Shown: positions 20,251 to 31,325, numbered from the stretch's first letter. The stretch is 64,000 nt of DNA from Desulfurellales bacterium (GCA_027064065.1 JAMOQJ010000012.1:19-64018); one strand, 5' to 3'. Notes: a model not told the origin generated them from the sequence alone. Translations and numbers: made by a program.

Positions 20251-22074
20251 ATGCTAAAGAACGATAAAATAAGGAATATCGCTATCATTGCGCATGTTGA
20301 CCACGGTAAAACTACATTGGTCGATGCTATGTTGAAACAAAGCGGACTATTTAGGGAAAATCAAAATGTTGAAGATAGAATATTGGATTCTATGGATTTG
20401 GAAAGGGAGCACGGTATAACGATAGCCGCAAAAAACTGCTCGATTAAATATAAAGACATAAAGATAAATGTGGTAGATACACCCGGTCATGCCGATTTTG
20501 GCGGAGAAGTTGAAAGGGCGCTTTCTATGGTTGATGGTGCTATACTGCTAGTCGATGCTGCCGAAGGTCCGCTTCCTCAAACACGTTTTGTTTTAAAGAA
20601 GGCTTTAGAACGAAGATTAACCATAGTCGTAGTTATAAACAAGATAGACAGAAAAGACGCAAGGGCTGAAGAAGTGCTTGATGAAATATATGATTTGTTT
20701 ATAGATTTGGACGCAACGGAAGAGCAATTGGATTTTCCATATCTTTACGCTATAGCAAAAGAAGGCATAGCAAAAAAGAATCTTGATGATAAAAGTGATG
20801 ATTTGGAGCCTTTATTTAAAACTATTATCGAAGAAATACCACCGCCAAGTTATGATGAGAACAAACCATTTCAAATGCTTGTAAGCGACTTGGGTCATTC
20901 GGATTATTTAGGCAGGCTTGCCATAGGTAAAATAGTAAACGGAGAAGTTTCATCATCCGACAATCTCATTTATATAGACAAAAATAATAAAGAAGTTCCA
21001 TTTAAGATTTCGAAGATGCAGATTTATGAAGGATTAAACTTGAAGGATACAAAAAATGCAAAAGCCGGAGAGATTATAGTTTTGTCAGGAACTATAGAAA
21101 ATATAAATATAGGAGATACTGTATGCTCTAAAGAATCACCGCTTGTTTTAAAGAGATTAAGGGTTGATGAGCCTACTGTTGCTATGAAATTTACTATAAA
21201 TACATCGCCATTTTCAGGTCTTGAAGGTGATATAGTTCAATCCAATAAAATAAAGGATAGGCTATATAAAGAGACAATAAAAAATGTTTCTATAGCAATA
21301 GAAGAAACCGATAATCCTGATGAAATAGTTGTAAAGGGTAGGGGTGAGTTACAGCTTGTCATACTTATTGAAATGATGAGAAGAGAAGGGTTTGAGCTAA
21401 CCGTAGGAAGACCGCAGGTTATATTCAAATACGATGGCTCTAAAAAATTGGAACCAATTGAACGTCTATTTATAGATTGCAATGAAGAGTTTGTGGGTGC
21501 TGTTACCAATAAACTTTCTCAAAGAAAAGGCAAAATGGTGAATATGATAAATAAGGGTTCAGGAAGGGTTAGGCTTGAGTTTTTGATTCCCGCAAGAACG
21601 CTTATAGGCTACAGAGATGAATTTATGACAGACACCAAAGGAACGGGAATAATGAATTCCTATTTTGAAGAGTATAGGGAATATCAAGGGGATTTTAAAT
21701 CCCGCTTTACCGGTTCTTTGGTATCGGATAGAGAAGGTGTTGCAACTGCTTATGCTCTATTTAATTTGGAACCGAGAGGTAGACTATTTGTTAAACCTTC
21801 TGATAGGGTTTATGAAGGTATGATAGTTGGAGAGCACAACAAAGATAGAGATTTGAATGTTAATCCTACAAAAGAGAAGAAACTCTCAAATATGAGAGCT
21901 GCAGGAAGGGACGATAATATAATACTTGCGCCTGTTATCCCTATGAGTTTGGAGAGAGCTATAAACTTTATTAAGGATGACGAACTCGTGGAGATTACGC
22001 CAAAATCGATAAGACTTAGAAAAAGTGTATTATCTGCCCAAAAAAGGAAGGTTGCGGAGCATAACAGAAGCTGA
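20251..22074 (+). CDS. typA: Translational GTPase TypA/BipA
   Basis: AHVDHGKTT, DTPGHADFGGEVER, GRGELQL and ELVEITPKSIRLRK motifs. Confidence 0.97.
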   Translation: MLKNDKIRNIAIIAHVDHGKTTLVDAMLKQSGLFRENQNVEDRILDSMDLEREHGITIAAKNCSIKYKDIKINVVDTPGHADFGGEVERALSMVDGAILLVDAAEGPLPQTRFVLKKALERRLTIVVVINKIDRKDARAEEVLDEIYDLFIDLDATEEQLDFPYLYAIAKEGIAKKNLDDKSDDLEPLFKTIIEEIPPPSYDENKPFQMLVSDLGHSDYLGRLAIGKIVNGEVSSSDNLIYIDKNNKEVPFKISKMQIYEGLNLKDTKNAKAGEIIVLSGTIENINIGDTVCSKESPLVLKRLRVDEPTVAMKFTINTSPFSGLEGDIVQSNKIKDRLYKETIKNVSIAIEETDNPDEIVVKGRGELQLVILIEMMRREGFELTVGRPQVIFKYDGSKKLEPIERLFIDCNEEFVGAVTNKLSQRKGKMVNMINKGSGRVRLEFLIPARTLIGYRDEFMTDTKGTGIMNSYFEEYREYQGDFKSRFTGSLVSDREGVATAYALFNLEPRGRLFVKPSDRVYEGMIVGEHNKDRDLNVNPTKEKKLSNMRAAGRDDNIILAPVIPMSLERAINFIKDDELVEITPKSIRLRKSVLSAQKRKVAEHNRS

Positions 22075-22133
22075 TATTTTTAATTTGACTTATTAAACTA
22101 AATTATACTAAACTTTAAAGAAAAAAGGGGGTA

Positions 22134-22574
22134 GTGATGTATAAAAATATTCTTGTAATGACAGATTTTTCAAAGGATTCTGACTTTGCAACCCAGATAG
22201 CCTGTGAGGTATCAAAAAAATTTTCAAGCAAACTCTATATTATGCATGTGGGATATATGGACCCGGGTTTTACCGTTTTGTTGGATGATGAAGATATGGA
22301 AAAGGTGAAAAATAGGATGGATGAGAATGTTGAAAGAGAATTTAGTAAACTTGAAGAAAGAGTGCCGTGCTTAAAAGAGATTAAGTATGAAACCATATAT
22401 CATAGAGGCGTGCCATACGAAGAGGGTTTGAAGGAGATTGAGACAGGTAAATACGATTTATTAGTTTTAGGCTCTCATGGTAAAAATAGTATTAAGAAGT
22501 TTTTTTATGGAAGCACTACAGCAAAACTTTCAAGGCGTTCGCCAATTAGCACTTTAATTACAAGAAACGATTGA
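22134..22574 (+). CDS. Universal stress protein
   Basis: YKNILVMTDFS and DLLVLGSHG..GSTT motifs. Confidence 0.92.
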   Translation: MMYKNILVMTDFSKDSDFATQIACEVSKKFSSKLYIMHVGYMDPGFTVLLDDEDMEKVKNRMDENVEREFSKLEERVPCLKEIKYETIYHRGVPYEEGLKEIETGKYDLLVLGSHGKNSIKKFFYGSTTAKLSRRSPISTLITRND

Positions 22575-22578
22575 TGTA

Positions 22579-22614
22579 AATCAAAGGGCTACTTGTTGTA
22601 ACAGCCCTTTGATT
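22579..22614. terminator. Probable bidirectional terminator
   Basis: AATCAAAGGGCT...AGCCCTTTGATT perfect 12-bp inverted repeat between convergent genes. Confidence 0.75.
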
Positions 22615-22622
22615 ACTCTTTT

Positions 22623-24665
22623 TTAAGATTTTGCTGTTTTTAGTCTCATTTTTTGCTCAACGTACAGTAATGCAAATATAGCAATGCCCACTAAATACAT
22701 ATAATATTTTAGATTGGGTGGTAGGTTAAATGCTTCTATTGGTCCTGATGGATTAAACAAAATCCAGGTAGCTGTAAGGAAAAACGGAATTTCGTACCAC
22801 TTGTTTTTTGTAATAAACCATCCCTGCAAAGCTGAAGCAAAGGCAAATGAGCCCAATATTGCCATAACAAAAATCATGATGATTTTTGGCCAGCTTGTTA
22901 TGTGGTATAAAATTAAATCAGGATTGAATACAAACATAAAGGGCAAGATAGCCGTTCTCATATCATAAATAAAACCCTGTATAGCAGTAGGTATCGGGTC
23001 TGTTTCGGCTAACGCCGCTGCGGCATAAGCGGCTAACCCCACTGGCGGCGTATCGTCCGCTATAATACCAAAATAGAAACAGAATAGGTGTGCAGCCATC
23101 AACGGTATAAAGAATCCATAGTTATGACCTATCGTAACAATAACTGGAGCTGTTAGGGATGCCATAACTATGTAGTTTGCTGTTGTAGGAAGTCCCATAC
23201 CAAGTAGCAAACTTGCCATGGCTGTTATTATCAGAAGCAGATATATATTGCCGTGGGCAAGAGTGTCTACAAGCTCTGTAATCATACTTCCTATGCCTGT
23301 TGCAACAAGTCCAACTACAACACCAGCGGATGCACAAGCTAAGGCTACAACAACCATATTTCTTGAGCCTGAGACAAATGCTTCAGCTGTTAATTGTAAA
23401 GAATTTTTTATTGCTTTTGTGAGATTTGAACCTTCTTTTTTGATTTTTCTAATTTCTTGATAGAGAATAGTGAAAACCAGAATAATAATTGTTCTAAACG
23501 CCGACATTGCCGGTGAATGCCTTAAAACCATTAACTCTACCACAAGCCATGTAATTGGGACAAGATAATGAAAACCATTTTTTAAGACCTCTTTTGCGTT
23601 GGGTAACTCTTCTTTGGGAAGCCCTTTTAAGCCAAGTTTGCTGGCTTCTAAGTGAGTTACATAGAACAATGCAATATAGGCAACAAGCGCCGGGATAAAT
23701 GCTGCTTTTACCACCTGTATGTATGGAACATTGACATATTCTGCTATAATAAATGCAGCAGCACCCATAATAGGAGGCATTAGCTGTCCGTTTATGCTTG
23801 CTGCAACCTCTGTTGCTCCTGCTTTAGTTGCAGGATATCCTGTTTTTTTCATTAGTGGTATAGTAAATGTTCCTGTTGTAACAACATTTGCAACAGATGA
23901 ACCAGATACCAATCCCGTTAATCCGCTTGCAATAACAGCAGATTTTGCAGGACCACCCTTATATCTTCCTAATCCCGCAAATGCCAAATCTATAAAGAAC
24001 TTTCCTGCACCGGCTTTCTCAAGCATTGCACCCATAAGCACGAATAGGAAAACGATATTTGTTGAAACTCTTAACGGTATTCCAAATATGCCTTCGGTGG
24101 ATAGGGATAGCTGGCTTACGTATTTATCTAAGTTTACGCCTCTGTATGCCATAATGTCTGGTAGGTTTGGACCAAAAAAGCCATAAAGCGTAAACAATAT
24201 ACCTACAATTGGCAATGCAGGGCCTATAGCCCTTCTTGTTGCTTCAAACACCATAATAATTAAAAGAAGTCCAAATACCTTATCCGCCAAGTTTGGTGAG
24301 CCCATTCTCATCGATATGCCTGTCCATGCGAATATAATATAAAGAGAGACTGAGACGCCTATTGCAGCAAATATATAATCTATTACGGGTATTCCGTTTC
24401 TTTGAGATAGAAACGGCATGGATTTTATGTGATGCCTTTTTAAAAACGGTATACTCGTAAAGACCATAGCCATAGCAAAAGCAAGATGTATTGACCTTGA
24501 AAATGTACTATCTATGGTTAGAAAGCTTGCTATGGAGAGCTGAAAAAGTGCCCAAGATACACCTATTGTCATAATAAGGGCTTTTTCGTATTTATTTAGT
24601 ATTCTTAAGTCGCCTGTATCTTCTCTTAACAGCTCTTCAAGCTCTTTCTGTCTGTCTTTATCCAT
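22623..24665 (-). CDS. TRAP transporter fused 4TM/12TM permease
   Basis: GGPAK, SGSSVANV, MPPIMGAAAF, LGMGLPTTANY and DDTPPV motifs. Confidence 0.93.
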   Translation of the reverse strand: MDKDRQKELEELLREDTGDLRILNKYEKALIMTIGVSWALFQLSIASFLTIDSTFSRSIHLAFAMAMVFTSIPFLKRHHIKSMPFLSQRNGIPVIDYIFAAIGVSVSLYIIFAWTGISMRMGSPNLADKVFGLLLIIMVFEATRRAIGPALPIVGILFTLYGFFGPNLPDIMAYRGVNLDKYVSQLSLSTEGIFGIPLRVSTNIVFLFVLMGAMLEKAGAGKFFIDLAFAGLGRYKGGPAKSAVIASGLTGLVSGSSVANVVTTGTFTIPLMKKTGYPATKAGATEVAASINGQLMPPIMGAAAFIIAEYVNVPYIQVVKAAFIPALVAYIALFYVTHLEASKLGLKGLPKEELPNAKEVLKNGFHYLVPITWLVVELMVLRHSPAMSAFRTIIILVFTILYQEIRKIKKEGSNLTKAIKNSLQLTAEAFVSGSRNMVVVALACASAGVVVGLVATGIGSMITELVDTLAHGNIYLLLIITAMASLLLGMGLPTTANYIVMASLTAPVIVTIGHNYGFFIPLMAAHLFCFYFGIIADDTPPVGLAAYAAAALAETDPIPTAIQGFIYDMRTAILPFMFVFNPDLILYHITSWPKIIMIFVMAILGSFAFASALQGWFITKNKWYEIPFFLTATWILFNPSGPIEAFNLPPNLKYYMYLVGIAIFALLYVEQKMRLKTAKS

Positions 24666-24749
24666 TTAGAACCCCTTTAGGATAAAATTTTAAAAAAAAA
24701 CGGATGACACAATATATGCCACCCGTTTTGACGCTAAAATATTGAAATC

Positions 24750-25754
24750 TTATTTGAGAATTAGATTTTTAGGTATAAACTTTATCAAACCTGATTCTTT
24801 GTAATATTTCAAAGCGCCTGGATGTATAGGAGCTGTTAATCCTTCAAGCATATTCTGTTTTGTTAAGACAGCATATGCCGGATGTAGTTTTTTGAATGTC
24901 TCAAAATTATCAAAAACCTCTTTTGTTATTGCATATACTACATTTTCAGGCTCTTTTGCGCTTGTAACAAGTGTTGCTTTAACGCCAACAGTTTCTATAG
25001 CATCCTGTTTGTTGGCAGCCATAGGATAGAATTTTTTAACAAGTATCTTAGACTTTGCGTAGTATGGATGTTCTTTTAACAACTTGTCTACAGCTGCTCC
25101 CGTTATAGGAACAATAATAACCTTTATTCTTCCGCTTGTTGCTTCTTTAATATTTCCGTTTGGATGTCCTACTGTGAAGAAGAAAGCATCGATTCTGCCG
25201 TCTTGCAATAATCCTGGCGCCTCAACTGCCTTAACATACTCAGGATGTATATCCTTTAAAGAGAGCCCAAATGCTTTTAGGATATCTTTTGAGTTTTGAA
25301 GCTGTCCTGAGCCAGGGTTGCCCAAGTTTACCCTTTTGCCTTTTAAGTCTGCAATGCTTTTTATGCCACTTTTTACAGATGCTATCAATGTGATAGATTC
25401 AGGATGTATAGCAAATACACTCCTTAGTTGTTTCTGTGGTCCTTTGTTTTTCCATTCAGCCAATCCATGCCATGCCTGATACTGTCTGTCTGACTGGCAA
25501 ATACCAAAATCCAAATCTCCGCTTAATACGGCATTAATGTTGTAAACAGAACCACCCGTTGATTCTACTGTAGCTTTAATACCATACTCTTTGTACTTTT
25601 TATTGACCATTTTAGAAATAGCACCACCGGTAGGATAATAAACACCAGTAACACCGCCTGTGCCGATAGTTACGAAAATTCTTTTTCCGTAACTTAAAGA
25701 AACAACGCTAACCAAAAATAGCATTGCCAATAACAGAATCTTGCCTTTTCTCAT
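24750..25754 (-). CDS. TAXI-family TRAP solute-binding protein
   Basis: Signal peptide, TIGTGGVTGVYY, STGGSVYN and PIHPGA motifs; ATG at 25754 after GGGAGG. Confidence 0.93.
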   Translation of the reverse strand: MRKGKILLLAMLFLVSVVSLSYGKRIFVTIGTGGVTGVYYPTGGAISKMVNKKYKEYGIKATVESTGGSVYNINAVLSGDLDFGICQSDRQYQAWHGLAEWKNKGPQKQLRSVFAIHPESITLIASVKSGIKSIADLKGKRVNLGNPGSGQLQNSKDILKAFGLSLKDIHPEYVKAVEAPGLLQDGRIDAFFFTVGHPNGNIKEATSGRIKVIIVPITGAAVDKLLKEHPYYAKSKILVKKFYPMAANKQDAIETVGVKATLVTSAKEPENVVYAITKEVFDNFETFKKLHPAYAVLTKQNMLEGLTAPIHPGALKYYKESGLIKFIPKNLILK

Positions 25755-25962
25755 AGGCAGCACCTCCCAAAAGATTTTAATTTAATCACAACTAAACACA
25801 TCCCTACACACTTTCTATATTACTACAAAGTTTACTTATTGTCAAAAAATTAATTAAATTATTAATTAATTAAGTCATTTTAGTAGTATATTAAACAAAT
25901 TTTATTATACAGAACAATCTTTACTCAAGAAATAATTATTTATTTAATATAAATAACCAATC

Positions 25963-26062
25963 AAAAAAGGCGAACGCTAATTGGTTCGCCTGCAAGACAT
26001 GACAACAATAAGTGGGGGGAGGCCTCACTGGGGGAGTGAGGCGATTGTGTAACCTTTATTTG
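25963..26062 (-). ncRNA. Candidate ~100-nt small RNA with C-rich loops
   Basis: TTGCAT-17-TACAAT promoter, GCCTCACT/AGTGAGGC hairpin, CCUCCCCCC tract and an intrinsic terminator. Confidence 0.6.
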
Positions 26063-26170
26063 TTATGAATTGTATATTATAATATTTTTGAATGCAAGTA
26101 AAATATTATTTGAAAAATATAACAATAATAGTTTTTTTGTTTTTTATAAATAACATAAGAATATAAGATA

Positions 26171-27904
26171 CTATATATCACCTGAAAACTGTATGTCGCA
26201 TAATTTTTTATAGTATGAGCATCGCTCTATTAACTCTTCATGTTTTCCAAAATCGACTATAGAGCCTTTTTTTATTACTACTATAATATCTGCTGACATT
26301 GCTGTAGCAATTCTATGGGCAGCCATAAATACAGTTCTGTCTTTCATTAGATTGGACAGAGCTTTTTGAACAATATGTTCCGATTCAGAATCGAGTGCAC
26401 TTGTTGCTTCGTCAAGTATAAGAATATCGGGATTTTTTACGATTGCCCTTGCTATTGCAATACGCTGTTTTTCGCCACCTGAAAGTATAACACCCTGTTC
26501 TTGAAGATTTGTATCGTATCCGTTTTTTAGTTTTATAATAAAATCATGTGCGTATGCCGCTTTTGCAGCTTCTATTATATTTTCTTCATTAAGATTGTCT
26601 TTTCCGTAAGCAATATTTTCTTTTACCGTCCTATTGAATAGCATAACGCGCTGTGAAACTATAGCTATCTTTTTTCTTAAGCTTTTTAGGTCGAATTCTT
26701 TTATGTTTACACCATCTATTAGTATTTCTCCGGCGTCAGGGTCATAGTACCTTGGTATAAGTTCAAGTAGTGTGGATTTTCCACCACCGCTTTCTCCTAC
26801 AAATGCAACGATGCTTTTTGCTTTTACATCAAGGTTGATATCTTTTAAAGCGTAATCCTGAGTTTCTGGGTATTTGAAATATATGTTATGAAATTTAAGC
26901 TCTTTTTGTATGCCTTTAAATTCTTTTTTGCCAGATTTCTTTTCTTCTGTATCTTTATCTATTATCTCAAAGATTCTTTCTATAGACGCTATGGATGTAT
27001 TGATTTCGTTATTTGCTTTTGCCAAAACCTTAAATGGTTTATACATCATAAATAAAGCAGTAATAAACGAGAAAAAGCCACCTACGGTGATTTCACCTTT
27101 AAAAACCAAAAATCCACCAATCCATATAAGCGCTGCAATACCCAAAGAGCCGATAAATTCCATAAGCGGGCTTGTTGCTTCATCTATTTTTATGGTATCT
27201 AATTTAATATTCAAAAACTCGTCGCTTTTTTCTTCAAAGGCTTTTGCTTCTTGTTTTTCGGTAGCAAAGGCTTTAACCAATCTAATATTTATCAATGTTT
27301 CCTGTATAATAGTTGTTAATTCGGCGATGGATATCTGTCTTTTTTTTCCAAGTTTTTTCATTTTTTTACCAAAAATTACAACAGGGTATACAGCAATAGG
27401 GAATACAATTGTTGCCACTATTGCAAGTTTCCAGTTGTTTATATAAAGAACACTCAATAGACCAAGTATGGTGAAAAATTCTCTTATGGTGTTAGGTATT
27501 ACGTTTGCAATACTGTTTTGCACCTGTTGCGTATCGTTCAGTATCCTTGACATCAATTCTCCACTGTGAAATTTGTCAAAGAATTTTGTAGGTAGATAAA
27601 GCAAATGTCCAAACAATTGATTTCTTATATTAAACAGTATCTTTTCTGATATATAGTGTGTTTGATATCCTTGCAGATACGTAAATAAACCTTTGAAAAA
27701 ATAGGTAGCCATGATGGCTATAGGAAGAATAATTAGCATCTGCTTGTTTTTTGAAATAAATATGTCGTCTAAAGCAGGTTTAATTAAATATGCAGCAACT
27801 GCCGATAATCCACCGACGGCAATCATACATATGAATGCAAATATCAATCTTCCTAAATATGGTCTTAGGTATTGCAATAGCCTTTTTAGTATTGTTTTAT
27901 TCAT
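26171..27904 (-). CDS. msbA: Lipid A flippase ABC transporter
   Basis: 6-TM domain plus GESGGGKST, LSGGEKQR and ILDEATSALD; lpx operon context. Confidence 0.9.
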   Translation of the reverse strand: MNKTILKRLLQYLRPYLGRLIFAFICMIAVGGLSAVAAYLIKPALDDIFISKNKQMLIILPIAIMATYFFKGLFTYLQGYQTHYISEKILFNIRNQLFGHLLYLPTKFFDKFHSGELMSRILNDTQQVQNSIANVIPNTIREFFTILGLLSVLYINNWKLAIVATIVFPIAVYPVVIFGKKMKKLGKKRQISIAELTTIIQETLINIRLVKAFATEKQEAKAFEEKSDEFLNIKLDTIKIDEATSPLMEFIGSLGIAALIWIGGFLVFKGEITVGGFFSFITALFMMYKPFKVLAKANNEINTSIASIERIFEIIDKDTEEKKSGKKEFKGIQKELKFHNIYFKYPETQDYALKDINLDVKAKSIVAFVGESGGGKSTLLELIPRYYDPDAGEILIDGVNIKEFDLKSLRKKIAIVSQRVMLFNRTVKENIAYGKDNLNEENIIEAAKAAYAHDFIIKLKNGYDTNLQEQGVILSGGEKQRIAIARAIVKNPDILILDEATSALDSESEHIVQKALSNLMKDRTVFMAAHRIATAMSADIIVVIKKGSIVDFGKHEELIERCSYYKKLCDIQFSGDI

Positions 27905-28878
27905 ATTAATTCACCAACTAACTGTTTAAAATTTTCAATTTCTAAGTCTATATCAAGATAGTATATATCTTCAGCATTTATCTTTACAAAGTCTTTGTGT
28001 GTAGTTAAAAGAATATCCGCTTTATTTAAATTTCTTAGTTTTCTTAATTCTTCTATATCTTTATTTTTATACCAATAGTGGTCTTTAAAGAATTTGTAAC
28101 CCTTAATTTCTATCCCGTATTCTTTTGCGCTCTTTAAAAACGATAATGGTTTTCCTATGCCGCAAAACAAAAAAGCCGAAGGCTTATGGTTTAACTGTTT
28201 ATGTTTATTGTCAAATATGCCGGTTGTTTTGATTTTTCCCTCTAAACAATTTATCTTTTTTTCTTTATATCCAGTTTTATCTATACAGATTACAACGTTG
28301 CATCTTTTTATCGAGCTTTTTGCATCTCTCAAGAATCCTGCTGGTAAATACAGATTGTCTTCAAAGGGGTTTTCTTTATCCACGACGCATATTTCAAAAT
28401 CTTTTTTTATATTTCTTTTATGAAGCGCATCGTCAAGTATAACGTATTTCATATTTAATCCAATAGCTAATTCTATAGCTGCTTTTCTGTCTTTTGAAGC
28501 TATTACGCTGGCTGTAGTTTTTTGGGCTATCATTAATGTTTCATCAGATACGCTTTTTTGTTTTTTGAATATATTGCCTTCTATGGAAACAACGTGAACC
28601 CTTTTGTCTTTTGATGGATAATTGCCTGTTATTACACACGTTTTGCCATATTGAGTTAGTGCTTGTGCAATTTTTATTACAATCGGTGTTTTGCCAACTC
28701 CTCCGACGGATATATTACCTACGCTAATAATTTTAACATTTTCGTATTGTTCTGATTTTAGCAGTTTGCTATCGTAGAGTAGATGTTTTGTATTAACAAC
28801 GGCTCCGTATGCTATAGATGGAATAATCAGAATCGGTTTGAGCGTTTTTTGAATTTTCTTTATTTTTTCAGTATCCAT
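27901..28878 (-). CDS. lpxK: Tetraacyldisaccharide 4'-kinase
   Basis: SVGNISVGGVGKTP, ILDDA, LPAGFLR, GIGKP and TTHKD motifs. Confidence 0.92.
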   Translation of the reverse strand: MDTEKIKKIQKTLKPILIIPSIAYGAVVNTKHLLYDSKLLKSEQYENVKIISVGNISVGGVGKTPIVIKIAQALTQYGKTCVITGNYPSKDKRVHVVSIEGNIFKKQKSVSDETLMIAQKTTASVIASKDRKAAIELAIGLNMKYVILDDALHKRNIKKDFEICVVDKENPFEDNLYLPAGFLRDAKSSIKRCNVVICIDKTGYKEKKINCLEGKIKTTGIFDNKHKQLNHKPSAFLFCGIGKPLSFLKSAKEYGIEIKGYKFFKDHYWYKNKDIEELRKLRNLNKADILLTTHKDFVKINAEDIYYLDIDLEIENFKQLVGELI

Positions 28879-29452
28879 TTAGAGTAGCCTCTATGAGTTC
28901 TTCTTTTTCTGCAAACTCTTTTTTTGATTCAACATATATAGGATTTAAAAATATAAATGTAAGTTTTGAGAATGGCTTTGGTATAATCATTCTGTCCCAG
29001 CTATTTACTCTCCACTCGTTACTTGGTACGCAGACGACAGGAACTATAGGGCTTTTTGTTAAATAGGCAAGCTCAACAACTCCCTTTTTTAATTTTCTTC
29101 TTGGACCTTTTGGGCCATCGGGTGTAATACCTACATCTTCTTTATTTTTAATCGTTTTTATCATCTCGAAAATAGCTTTTACTGGCTCTCTGTTACTTGA
29201 GCCGCCTATTGTATTTAGGCCAAAATATCTTATGACATCGCTTGCCAATTTACCATCTCTGTGTGTGCTGATGAGTATGTTAATCTTGCTTTTTCTCTTT
29301 GGTTTTGCAAAAGAGAGAAATAGTATTGTCTCATGCCAGAAAGCAAATATAACAGGTTTATCCATATTTTCAATATCAAACAGTTTTTTTATTTCTATCC
29401 GTATGAAAAGTCTGTAAAGTTTAATAATTAAATAAACGATAAATGCTTTCAT
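28868..29452 (-). CDS. DUF374 acyltransferase (LpxJ-like)
   Basis: AFWH, ISTHRDG, ITPDGPKGP and SWDRMIIPKPF motifs. Confidence 0.85.
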   Translation of the reverse strand: MKAFIVYLIIKLYRLFIRIEIKKLFDIENMDKPVIFAFWHETILFLSFAKPKRKSKINILISTHRDGKLASDVIRYFGLNTIGGSSNREPVKAIFEMIKTIKNKEDVGITPDGPKGPRRKLKKGVVELAYLTKSPIVPVVCVPSNEWRVNSWDRMIIPKPFSKLTFIFLNPIYVESKKEFAEKEELIEATLNGY

Positions 29453-30552
29453 GCAATTGAATAGATTTTTTTTGCTATTTTTTGGGTTACGGGATATTCG
29501 CCCAAAACAAACGATACGCTTTTCAGCTTATTTTGCATTTCTTTGTATAAAGATTGATTTCTATGCAGTCGAAAGAATTCATCCGCTATAGCTTGTGCGG
29601 TGGCTTTTTCTTCTATTAGCTCCTTTACTACTTCATCTCCGTATATAAGATTTGGTAAGGATATATATTTTATATTTTTGATTAACATTTTACCAATATA
29701 ATAGCTTGCTTTTGAAATACGATACGATACCACCATAGGAAGATTAAATAGTGTGGCTTCAAGGGTGGTTGTTCCGCTTTTTAATATACCGAAATAGGAT
29801 TTTTTCATAAATGCGTATGAATCTTGCTCTATTTGTATAAATTCATAACCTTTCAATTTGTCTTTTACGAAATCCATCTCTATATGTTTTGGTACAATCC
29901 ATATAAATTTAAAGTCATTAACGTTATTATTTATTATTTTTGCGGCTTCAAACATTGTTTTTGAGTTATAGTTTATCTCGCTTTTTCTTGAGCCTGGCAT
30001 AATAAGGATTATATCTTCTCTAACTTCTTCCTGCGTTGTTTGTTTTGTTAAAATATCTACTATTGGATGTCCAGCATAAAATATTTTATGTTGATTTGGT
30101 TTTTTGACGTTAAAGAATGTTTTCTCAAACGGAAGAATTGGAATGATTAAATCGCTATATTTAAACAGTGCATTAATTCTATATCTTCTCCATGCCCAAA
30201 GTTGTGGAGATATGTAGTAAACGACTTTTTTGCCAAGTTTTTTTGCAAACTTCATAATTTTCATATTGAATTCTGGAAAATCCATCAATATGACCATATC
30301 TATTTTATATTCTATTATGTTGGATTTTATGTTGTTTAAAAGTTTATAGGCTTTGTTTGCAATCGATAATGCTTCTTTTGCTCCTATTACAGATATGTCT
30401 TTAAAGTTGGCAACTTGTTTTGTTTTATCTTTTAATGTATCGGAGCATACGCTAAAAAAGTTTATAGATGAATCTATTTTGCTTAGCTCGTCTACAAGTA
30501 GCGATGCGTAATTTTCGGCTGAACGTTCACCTGTTACAATCAATAGATTCAT
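29449..30552 (-). CDS. lpxB: Lipid-A-disaccharide synthase
   Basis: GERSA, DFPEFN, SPQLWAWR, ILPFE, MPGSR and SGTTTLE motifs. Confidence 0.95.
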   Translation of the reverse strand: MNLLIVTGERSAENYASLLVDELSKIDSSINFFSVCSDTLKDKTKQVANFKDISVIGAKEALSIANKAYKLLNNIKSNIIEYKIDMVILMDFPEFNMKIMKFAKKLGKKVVYYISPQLWAWRRYRINALFKYSDLIIPILPFEKTFFNVKKPNQHKIFYAGHPIVDILTKQTTQEEVREDIILIMPGSRKSEINYNSKTMFEAAKIINNNVNDFKFIWIVPKHIEMDFVKDKLKGYEFIQIEQDSYAFMKKSYFGILKSGTTTLEATLFNLPMVVSYRISKASYYIGKMLIKNIKYISLPNLIYGDEVVKELIEEKATAQAIADEFFRLHRNQSLYKEMQNKLKSVSFVLGEYPVTQKIAKKIYSIA

Positions 30553-31325
30553 TTAGTTCTACAAAAGCCCCTTGATGAGTTTTTTAGGAATTCTATCATA
30601 TGTATAACGTTTTTTGATGAGCTTTCTTTTAATTTTTCGTATGCTTCCTTAAAGGTAAGATTGCTTCTAAATATGAGTTTGTATGCTTTTTTTAATTCGT
30701 TTATCTCTTCGTATGAGAAGTTTGCCCTTTTTAGTCCTACTGTATTTAAGCCGTTTAAAACGGCTCTATTGCCAACAGCTAAACAAAATGGAGCAACATC
30801 AAGTGAGACTGCGCTCATACCGCCAACCATTGCAAATTTACCTATATTTACAAATTGATGTATTGCGCTCATACCGCCTATGACTACGTTATCTTCGACA
30901 ACAATATGTCCTGCAAATTGAACCGAGTTTGCAACTATGATATTATTCCCGAGTATGCAATCGTGTGCAATATGCACATAAGCCATAATAAAATCGTTGT
31001 TTCCTATTTTTGTAACACTACCACCGCCTTTTGTCCCTCTGTTTATCATACAAAACTCTCTTATTGTTGTGTTATCTCCAATAATAAGTTCGCTAATTTC
31101 GCCCTTAAATTTTAAATCCTGAGGAATTGTGCCCAAAACGGCAGAGGGGTAAATTTTACAGTTGCGTCCAATAGTCGTATATGAGTCTATATATACATTG
31201 GGAAAAATCTCTGTTCCGTCACCTATTTTTACATGTTTTTTTATGTTAACATAGGGCCCGATTTTTACATTTTCTCCCAACTCAACTTTATCATCTATGA
31301 TAGCTGTTGGGTGTATATTAACCAT
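30549..31325 (-). CDS. lpxA: UDP-GlcNAc O-acyltransferase
   Basis: Hexapeptide repeats, PQDLKF, HIAHDC and HQF motifs. Confidence 0.96.
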   Translation of the reverse strand: MVNIHPTAIIDDKVELGENVKIGPYVNIKKHVKIGDGTEIFPNVYIDSYTTIGRNCKIYPSAVLGTIPQDLKFKGEISELIIGDNTTIREFCMINRGTKGGGSVTKIGNNDFIMAYVHIAHDCILGNNIIVANSVQFAGHIVVEDNVVIGGMSAIHQFVNIGKFAMVGGMSAVSLDVAPFCLAVGNRAVLNGLNTVGLKRANFSYEEINELKKAYKLIFRSNLTFKEAYEKLKESSSKNVIHMIEFLKNSSRGFCRTK

